64,000 nt of DNA, from contig CAVSXV010000013.1 in assembly GCA_963731995.1 (NCBI GenBank), positions 227,310-291,309 on the forward strand, in the 5' to 3' direction. Within the stretch, counting starts at the first letter, position 1. Each line of letters starts with the position of its first letter. The notes under the pieces are model-generated. The model was not told where the DNA came from and made no database searches. It was given only the letters and a program-made list of their open reading frames with translations. Position numbers and translations under genes: made by a program. Source of the stretch: an uncultured Chloroflexia bacterium (GTDB lineage Bacteria; Chloroflexota; Limnocylindria; Limnocylindrales; CSP1-4). Below are positions 1 through 6,593 of the stretch, one piece after another.

Positions 1-861
1 TTCCCGGTCGCCGATGACGTAGGGCTCGTCGTCGCACGAGACGGTCGCTCCGGGGCCGGCATGCTCGTAGGCGCTCTTGATCCTGGTCACCAGCTCGGCG
101 GGATCGCTCACGAACTGGCACACCTTGGTGCGTGCTTCTGATGGGCTGAAGAGGTGGTGCACCTGCGTCCACGAGCCCTTGAGGCCGATGCGGGTCCGAT
201 CAGCCTCGACCGAGGCGGCGTCCCACTCGTGGATCTCGGCGATCCGTGCCTCGCGCGCCGCGGCGAAGGAGCGGAAGAGTGGCTTGGTGGCCGCGGTCAG
301 CGTGATGAGCACCGGCCAGCGCATGGGCTTGACATCCTCGGTGCCCTCCGCGGCGATGCGTCGCACGCTGAGCTCGGGCTCCTTGCGCAGGCCCTGGGCA
401 TAGGCGATGTGGTCGATGCCCAGCTCTTCGGCGATCTGCGGTGGCACCTGCGCGGTGTCGCCGTCGACCGACTGCATGCCGGTGATGATGGCGTAGTCGC
501 GGGAGCCGTCGAACATCTCGTGCTCGACGCGGCGGATGGCCTGCGCGAGCGAGTAGGCGGTGGCACCGGTGTCGGCACCGGCGAAGGCCTTGTCGGTGAG
601 CAGGATGGCCACTCCCGAGACGCGGCTGAGGCAGTCGACGAGCATCTCGCGAGCCGCCGGCGGGCCCATGGTCAGGAACACCACGCGGGCGTCAGGGTCG
701 TCCCGAACGAGCTCCTCCGCGAAGGTCAGGGCGTGCAGATCGAGCGGGTTGATGACGCTGTCGAGCATGGCTCGACGCAGGGTCCCCTTCTCTCGATCCC
801 AGGCCTCTTCGGGGATGTTCGAGATATCCGGCACCTGCTTGACGAGGACGATGGCGTCCAC
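1..861 (-). CDS. etfB: electron transfer flavoprotein beta subunit-like (EtfB/FixA); partial, 3' end beyond the left edge
   Basis: Absent from the ORF track because no stop lies in the window. Hand translation of the reverse strand from GTG at 861 (GGAAGGA Shine-Dalgarno upstream) gives VDAIVLVKQVPDISN..FLTMGPPAAREML..DKAFAGADTGATAYSLAQAI..MQSVDGDTAQVPPQIAEELGI..RIGLKGSWTQV, the EtfB pattern. Confidence 0.75.
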   Translation of the reverse strand, partial: MDAIVLVKQVPDISNIPEEAWDREKGTLRRAMLDSVINPLDLHALTFAEELVRDDPDARVVFLTMGPPAAREMLVDCLSRVSGVAILLTDKAFAGADTGATAYSLAQAIRRVEHEMFDGSRDYAIITGMQSVDGDTAQVPPQIAEELGIDHIAYAQGLRKEPELSVRRIAAEGTEDVKPMRWPVLITLTAATKPLFRSFAAAREARIAEIHEWDAASVEADRTRIGLKGSWTQVHHLFSPSEARTKVCQFVSDPAELVTRIKSAYEHAGPGATVSCDDEPYVIGDRE

Positions 862-1153
862 TAGGCGTCCTTCCGCGCGGGCGACGTGGCCGCCCGTGCC
901 AGCTCGTCGGAGCACATCATCAGATCGGATCTCCTCGGCGCAGCAAGAAGCGCGGCGGGCGGAACACGGTTCCGTCTCGCGTGTGGTCATCGTCCACAAG
1001 CCACGGTATCGAGGGAACATGGCCTGATGGATGTGCCGGTACGCGCCGAAGCGGGGGCCATCGGTCCCGAAGGCTGCCAGGGAGTGTTGACCGTGCGCAC
1101 CGCAAGCGTCGGCAACGAAGTCCCTCGCAGCGACAGGCTGACACCATGCGCGC

Positions 1154-1342
1154 ATGGAATACGGTCGCATCGTCGGCGAGAGCACCGGGACCGCCGGACG
1201 TGGCGGCGGCACCGGCGACGTCACCGGTCAGGTCATGGACGCCATCTCTGATGCCATCGACCAGGTGGCAGCCCTGCCTACTGAGGTGCTGCTCGGCGCC
1301 GCCATCGTCGGCATCATCGCGCTGGTCCTGATCCGGCGCTAG
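1154..1342 (+). CDS. small hypothetical protein with C-terminal transmembrane helix
   Basis: 62-aa ORF with G/C-rich third codon positions. Gly/Thr-rich N-part, then hydrophobic LLGAAIVGIIALVLIRR. No recognisable family and a weak RBS. Confidence 0.4.
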   Translation: MEYGRIVGESTGTAGRGGGTGDVTGQVMDAISDAIDQVAALPTEVLLGAAIVGIIALVLIRR

Positions 1343-1396
1343 CCGCTGGCCTCCAGGAGACGCGGCAGGGGGCGGGTCTGCTCCTCGCCCGGAGGT

Positions 1397-2263
1397 CTAG
1401 TCCTCGCCCGGAGCGTCGCTGGAACGGGGGTCTCGCGCCCAGCGATCGAGCACGCGCTCGCGCAGCAGCCGGATCTCATCCCTGCGGGCCTTCTTGCGCG
1501 GCAGCTCGTAGAGCTTGGCGGCCGTGAGGATGCGGTAGTAGGTGCGTGTGATGGCCACGGCCAGCCCCATCGTGCCGTCGCGGTAGCCGCGACCCTTGAG
1601 GTACTGACGCCAGAAGTACCTGGCTGCCTCTCCGAACAGGGCGCGCGGGCCATTCACGCGGCGACCGCTGGCGTAAGCCTGCCGAGCCTCGATGTCGGTG
1701 TAGCGATCGACCTTGCGCACGAGGTCGCTGAGGTTGCCGCCCGGGAAGTGCCAGATGGCCAGCGCGGGGTCAGCCGCGAGCTTGTGGCGTCGGGTGCCCG
1801 GCGCGGGCACGATCGACTTGTGGATACGGTCGGTCATCATCAGTGAGCCAGGCCGGAAGAAACGCGCGTGGCGGCTGGGCCAGTTGTTGCCGTGCCTGAT
1901 CCAGCGGCCGAGGATGAGGTTCGCTCGCGGCACCAGCACGACGTCGATCGGCGGGTCCGGCTCGACCAGCTCCCGCAGGTGCGTGGCCAGGCTCGGCGGG
2001 ATCATCTCGTCGGCATCGAGGATGAAGATCCAGTCCCCGGTGGCCTTGCTGACCGCGAACCGGCGAGCCGGGTCCGCGATACCGCCGGTGCGATCGTGCT
2101 GATAGACGATCGCGCCCATCTCCTCCGCGATCCTGGCCGTGTCGTCCTCGCTGTGCTGGTCGACGACGATGACCTCATCGCACCAGGGCCGCAGCGTGGA
2201 CAGGGCGTAGTGCAGCTGGTCGGCTTCGTTGAGGGCGATGACGACGCCGCTGATCCTGGCCAT
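1397..2263 (-). CDS. family 2 glycosyltransferase
   Basis: MARISGVVIALNEADQL..DEVIVVDQHSEDDT..ILDADE. Start placed at ATG 2263, one nt after the stop of the upstream paralog, rather than the track start 2350. Confidence 0.85.
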   Translation of the reverse strand: MARISGVVIALNEADQLHYALSTLRPWCDEVIVVDQHSEDDTARIAEEMGAIVYQHDRTGGIADPARRFAVSKATGDWIFILDADEMIPPSLATHLRELVEPDPPIDVVLVPRANLILGRWIRHGNNWPSRHARFFRPGSLMMTDRIHKSIVPAPGTRRHKLAADPALAIWHFPGGNLSDLVRKVDRYTDIEARQAYASGRRVNGPRALFGEAARYFWRQYLKGRGYRDGTMGLAVAITRTYYRILTAAKLYELPRKKARRDEIRLLRERVLDRWARDPRSSDAPGED

Positions 2264-2264
2264 C

Positions 2265-3170
2265 CTAGAACTGCACCTCGCCCACGGCCTCGGGCGCCTT
2301 CTCCAGCCGCTCCTGCTCGGAGTGGTCGATGGGCGCGAGATCGGGGTCATGCTCGAGGCCCAGCATCTCTTCCTTCAGGCGCTGGTACTCCTCCGCGCGG
2401 CCGTGCGAGGCCAGCTCGTCCCACTGCTTGGCCTGGACCAGGAAGCGATCCATGATGCGCACCATCGAGACGGCGATGCCGGCTGGGCCGTCCTTGTAGG
2501 CACGACCCTTGACGAACTCCTTCCAGGCCTGACGCAAGGCCACCCGGAACCAGCGGCGCGGGCCGGGCCTCTTGCCCCGGCGTGCGCGCTGCCAGGCCTG
2601 CACAGTCGTGTAGCGCTGCGACTTCCAGACCACGTCGGCGACATTGTGATAGCTGTAGTGCCACAGGCAGCACTCTCGGTCCATGGGCAGCATGATCTCG
2701 GTGGCGCCCTCAGCGGCGTGGAAGCCACCGTGCATCTCGACGCGGATGTCGATCCAGTCCTTGTGGAAGAAGCGCCGTTTGGCGTTGGGCCACCACTGGC
2801 CGTGCTCCATCTCCACGCCCAGGATGATGTTGCGCCGCGGGATGCGGACCACGTTGGCCTCGCCGGTCTCGGCGATCTGGCGCAGCCGCTTCCCCAGCGC
2901 CGGGTGCACGACCTCGTCGGAATCGAGCACCATCACCCACTCGTGCTCGGTCATCGCGACCGACATCTCGCGGATGATCTCCACGTAGCCGGTGGACTCG
3001 ACCTCGATCACCCGGGCGCCGCAAGCGGCCGCGATGCGCTGGGTGTCGTCGCTGGACTGCTGGTCCACGACGAGCACCTCGTCACACCAGGACTTCAGCG
3101 ATTCCACCGCGTAGCGGATGGTCTCCGCCTCGTTCCAGGTGTTGATCAGCCCGGAGATCCTGACGGCCAT
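2265..3170 (-). CDS. family 2 glycosyltransferase (paralog of 1397..2263)
   Basis: MAVRISGLINTWNEAETI..DEVLVVDQQSSDDT..VLDSDE. Same domain order and a similar C-terminal region to the neighbour. Confidence 0.85.
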   Translation of the reverse strand: MAVRISGLINTWNEAETIRYAVESLKSWCDEVLVVDQQSSDDTQRIAAACGARVIEVESTGYVEIIREMSVAMTEHEWVMVLDSDEVVHPALGKRLRQIAETGEANVVRIPRRNIILGVEMEHGQWWPNAKRRFFHKDWIDIRVEMHGGFHAAEGATEIMLPMDRECCLWHYSYHNVADVVWKSQRYTTVQAWQRARRGKRPGPRRWFRVALRQAWKEFVKGRAYKDGPAGIAVSMVRIMDRFLVQAKQWDELASHGRAEEYQRLKEEMLGLEHDPDLAPIDHSEQERLEKAPEAVGEVQF

Positions 3171-3204
3171 GGCTAGCGCGTCCGTCCGCTGCCGTCGAGC
3201 TCGC

Positions 3205-4308
3205 TCAGGAGGTAGTCGGCAGGTGGCGCTCCTCTGGACCCGTATAGATCACGTCGGGTCGGATGAGCTTGTCGACGCCGGCCTGTTCGATCGAGTGCGC
3301 GGTCCAGCCGGCGGTGCGGGCCATGGCGAAGGTCGCCGGGAACAGATCGGGCGGCAGACCGACGCCCTGGAGGACGGCTGCGGTGTAGTACTCCACGTTC
3401 GTCTTGAGCGGACGGTCGGGGTAGCGCTCCTCGAGCACGCGCAGGGCCACGTCCTCGACGGCCACCGCGAGGTCCAGCCAGTCGGCGATGGAGCTCATCT
3501 GCTCGGCGACCTCACGCAGCGCAGCAGCACGCGGGTCGTAGGCGCGGTAGACGCGGTGTCCGAACCCCATCAGCCGCTCCTTGCGGTCGATGGCCCCGTT
3601 GATCCACTCCTCCGCCGCCTCGGGCGAGCCGATGGCGTTGAGCTGGCTCACGACCTCCGACGGTGCGCCGCCGTGCAGCGGGCCCTTCAGCGCGCCGGTG
3701 GCACCCGACACCGCGCTGGCGATGTCCGAACGGGTCGAGGTGATGACACGGGCGGCGAAGGTGGAGGCGTTGAAGCCGTGATCGGCGCCGACGATGAAGT
3801 AGGCGTCGAGCGCCCGCGCGGAGGCCTCGTCGGGGACCTCGCCGTTGAGCTGGTAGAGGAAGCCGGCGGTGGTGTCGAGCGCAGGATCCGGCTCGATGAC
3901 TTCGAGGCCCTGCCGGAGACGACCGAAGGCGGCCAGTGCGGACGGGCCCATGGCCGTGATCTCGCGCGCCTGCTCCACGGTCGGAGGCCAGACGAGGCGG
4001 TTGGTCGCGCCCCACACGGAGAAGGCCGTGCGCAGTGCGTCCATGGGGTGCGCGCCGTCGGGCAGGTTGCGCAGGGCGGCCAGCGTCGGTGCGTCCAGCG
4101 GCCGCAATGGGAGATGTGCTTCGGGCAGCCACTCGTCGGCCCACAGCAGATGGGCGACCTGGGCGAAGCTGCCTTCGCGCACGAGCTCTCCGATGGGGTA
4201 GCCGCGGTACAGCAGCCGACCATTGGCGCCATCGACGAGGGAAAGCGCGGTCTCCCCCGCGAGCACTCCCGCGAGACCTGGTGAGTAGGGTCGTTCTTCC
4301 GTCGTCAT
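3205..4308 (-). CDS. citrate synthase (short, about 367 aa type; citrate/2-methylcitrate synthase family)
   Basis: MTTEERPYSPGLAGVLAGETALS..GRLLYRGYPI..GFGHRVYRAYDPRA. The track ORF runs to 4917, but its first ~200 aa are Arg/Ser/Pro-rich and overlap pncA, so the start is set at ATG 4308. Confidence 0.9.
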   Translation of the reverse strand: MTTEERPYSPGLAGVLAGETALSLVDGANGRLLYRGYPIGELVREGSFAQVAHLLWADEWLPEAHLPLRPLDAPTLAALRNLPDGAHPMDALRTAFSVWGATNRLVWPPTVEQAREITAMGPSALAAFGRLRQGLEVIEPDPALDTTAGFLYQLNGEVPDEASARALDAYFIVGADHGFNASTFAARVITSTRSDIASAVSGATGALKGPLHGGAPSEVVSQLNAIGSPEAAEEWINGAIDRKERLMGFGHRVYRAYDPRAAALREVAEQMSSIADWLDLAVAVEDVALRVLEERYPDRPLKTNVEYYTAAVLQGVGLPPDLFPATFAMARTAGWTAHSIEQAGVDKLIRPDVIYTGPEERHLPTTS

Positions 4309-4318
4309 GGCGCGCAGT

Positions 4319-4954
4319 CTAGTCGCCTCGCCGGCTGTCGTGGTGCGCAGCGGGCCGATCCGGCGAGCCTGCGTCCACGTCGACACCCGCCAGGCGCAGC
4401 TCGGCGAAGGCCTTCTCGCCGTCGCCCGGCGCCAGATCGACCGCCCGCACGCCAGCCGCGAGCACGGTCGTGGGGTATCCCCGGGTGCGCCCGTCGAGGG
4501 CCGTGGCCAGCACGCAATAGTCCGTGGCCAAGCCGGCCACGACGAGCTGCTGTACGCCGGCTGCCTTGAGCAGTTCGTCCAGCTCGGTGGGCCGGGTCTC
4601 GCCGGTCTCGGGGTCGCGGGTGGTAAAGCCGCTGTAGCCGTCCTCGCCGTTGACGCCCTTGCGCACGATCGGTCCCTCCACGCGCAGGTCAGGGTGGAAC
4701 TCCGCGCCCCACGTGTGGGCCACGCAGTGGACCGGCCAGAGGCCCCCGTCCTTCTCGAAGTGGGGCGTCGACCGAGGGTGCCAGTCCTGGGTATAGAACA
4801 CCTGTGCGCCGGCCGCGAGCGCAGCCTCGATCTCGGCGTTGATGACCGGGATGACCTCGGCCCCACCGGAGACCGGGAGACCGCCTGATGGATCAGCGAA
4901 GTCGTTCTGGACGTCAACGACGATGAGCGCGGTCGCGGGGTCGTAGCTGGACAC
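4319..4954 (-). CDS. pncA: nicotinamidase/pyrazinamidase (isochorismatase family)
   Basis: ALIVVDVQNDFADPSGGLPV..TQDWHP..VHCV..LVVAGLATDYCV. Start chosen at GTG 4954 (VSSYDPATALIVVD). Confidence 0.8.
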   Translation of the reverse strand: MSSYDPATALIVVDVQNDFADPSGGLPVSGGAEVIPVINAEIEAALAAGAQVFYTQDWHPRSTPHFEKDGGLWPVHCVAHTWGAEFHPDLRVEGPIVRKGVNGEDGYSGFTTRDPETGETRPTELDELLKAAGVQQLVVAGLATDYCVLATALDGRTRGYPTTVLAAGVRAVDLAPGDGEKAFAELRLAGVDVDAGSPDRPAAHHDSRRGD

Positions 4955-5037
4955 CGCTCGATGGTAGCGCGGCGTCACCCGCAGCAGGACCGGGCACGAG
5001 CGATGGTGGGGCCGAAGTGGTCTAGCATCGAGCACAC

Positions 5038-6081
5038 GTGACCCCATCGCCGCTCAAGGCCCAACCGACCACCCACTCCGCCAACGACCCGCAGACGTGG
5101 GCCATGTTCCTGACCCTCTCGGTCATCTGGGGCAGCTCGTTCATGTGGATCAGGATCGGCCTCGAAGCGGGCGTGGGCCCGATGGCCATCGTGAGCATGC
5201 GCACGCTCTTCGCGGCCATGCTGCTGGTGGCGGTGTTGGCGGCCAGGCACGGTCGGCTGCCGCTGCGCCTGAGCCTCTGGAAACGCATGTTCTTCCTCGG
5301 TGCCACCAATATCGTGGTGCCCTTCGCACTCATCGCCTGGGGTCAGCAATACATCCCCAGCGGCATGGCCTCGATCCTCAACGCGATGGTGCCGCTGTTC
5401 ACCATCGTCTTCGCCGCGCTGGCCCTGGCCGACGAGCACATCACTGTGGCCAAGCTGGGCGGGCTCGGTGTCGGCTTCGCAGGCGTCGTCCTGCTGGCCC
5501 TGCCGAGCCTGGAGGCGGCGGGCACGAGCGATGACGCCGCGTTGGCCGTGGTGGGCATGCTGGCGGTGGCCAGCGCGGCCGTGTTCTACGCGATCGCGTC
5601 CGTCTACACGCGGCGCCGGATCTCCGGCATGCCCATCATCGAACAGTCCGATGGCTCGTTCCGGGCGCCGCTTCCGGTGGAGATCTCACTCGGCTCGACG
5701 GTCGCGGCGTTCCTCATGATCACCGCCGTGGCACTCATCTTCGAGCGGCCCGAGGGCGGGTTGCTGGCCATCCCCGGGAGCGCCGTCGGCTGGGTGGCGA
5801 TGATCTGGCTGGGGGCGCTCGGGACCGGCGTCGCGTACCTCATCTTCTTCCGGATCATCGAGCGCTGGGGCGCGACTCGCACGACCCTCGTGACGTACGT
5901 CATCCCGGTGGTCGCCATCGTGCTCGGCTTCCTCTTCCTCGACGAACGCCTGCGGCCCCGCGAATTGCTAGGGGCTGCGCTCATCATCGGTGGCGTCGTG
6001 CTGGTCAACGCCAACGTCGGGCAGAAGCCGCTCTTCGCACGGAGGCAGGTCGAAACCGAGGCCGGGGCCCAGCCCGACTGA
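5038..6081 (+). CDS. EamA/DMT-family transporter
   Basis: About ten hydrophobic segments. N-terminal FLTLSVIWGSSFMWIRIGL is typical of EamA repeats. Divergent from pncA. Confidence 0.85.
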   Translation: MTPSPLKAQPTTHSANDPQTWAMFLTLSVIWGSSFMWIRIGLEAGVGPMAIVSMRTLFAAMLLVAVLAARHGRLPLRLSLWKRMFFLGATNIVVPFALIAWGQQYIPSGMASILNAMVPLFTIVFAALALADEHITVAKLGGLGVGFAGVVLLALPSLEAAGTSDDAALAVVGMLAVASAAVFYAIASVYTRRRISGMPIIEQSDGSFRAPLPVEISLGSTVAAFLMITAVALIFERPEGGLLAIPGSAVGWVAMIWLGALGTGVAYLIFFRIIERWGATRTTLVTYVIPVVAIVLGFLFLDERLRPRELLGAALIIGGVVLVNANVGQKPLFARRQVETEAGAQPD

Positions 6082-6110
6082 CCGCCCGGGCCTGGAGGAC
6101 TGCCACGCCA

Positions 6111-6144
6111 TCGGGCTTGACACGCCGTCGGGCTTGACACGCCG
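6111..6144. repeat. perfect 17-bp tandem duplication TCGGGCTTGACACGCCG x2
   Basis: Read directly. Duplicates a TTGACA hexamer (6117, 6134). Confidence 0.9.
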
Positions 6145-6148
6145 TCGA

Positions 6149-6257
6149 CTGGTCGCCGCAGGGTTGCTCGCCGGAGGTGGTGCTGCTCGCGGTGGGCCTG
6201 GTCGCCGTGGGGTTGCTCGCCAGACGTGGTGCAGCGCGCGGTGGGTCTGCTCGTGAG
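6149..6257. repeat. 49-bp tandem repeat, 2 copies plus a partial third
   Basis: 6149-6197 versus 6198-6246 are 42/49 identical by hand alignment. The next 11 nt restart the unit. Confidence 0.85.
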
Positions 6258-6392
6258 AGAAGCAAACGCGACGGGCCAGCGGCCGGATCTGCCGTCCTCG
6301 TTCGCCTTGCGAGCAGGATCGGCAACGCTGTTCACGACACGAGCAGAAGGCGCCGATCCGGGTGCCGCCCCGTCGAGATCGCTCACGGGGCG

Positions 6393-6560
6393 AGCAGCCG
6401 CGGCCGACGAGCGGAGGCACTCGGCCGGCGGAAGGGAGACACTCGGCCGGCGAACGGCGGCAGACCCTCGGCCGGCGGAAGGGAGACACTCGGCCGCCGA
6501 ACGGAGACCCTCGGCCGCCAGCAGCCGCGGCCGACGACGCGAGACCCTCGGCCGCCGGTT
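6393..6560. repeat. array of six GAGAC(A/C)CTCGGCCG(G/C)CG-like motifs nested in a ~47-bp repeat
   Basis: CTCGGCCG cores start at 6420, 6442, 6467, 6489, 6510 and 6547. AGCAGCCGCGGCCGACGA occurs at 6393 and 6520. Confidence 0.85.
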
Positions 6561-6593
6561 GACGCGACCATCGCCGGCCGCGACCATCGGCAG

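Noticed and set aside
4309-4917. N-terminal 200 aa of the 570-aa ORF containing citrate synthase.
   Set aside because: It overlaps the nicotinamidase gene in another frame and is Arg/Ser/Pro/Thr-rich junk. The citrate synthase homology starts at MTTEERPY (ATG 4308).
6393-6560. CRISPR-like array.
   Set aside because: The repeats are about 18 nt with 21-37-bp periodicity, so they have effectively no unique spacers. No cas genes or leader are present. It is not a CRISPR array.
6177-6593. Possibility that the repeat tract is the translated N-terminus of the cyclase protein (the track ORF starts at 6177).
   Set aside because: The repeat units are 47 and 49 bp, so successive copies would be read in different frames. 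The translation is Arg/Gly/Pro/Thr low-complexity, and the conserved cyclase fold begins only at about 6644. This is kept as a caveat in the finding.
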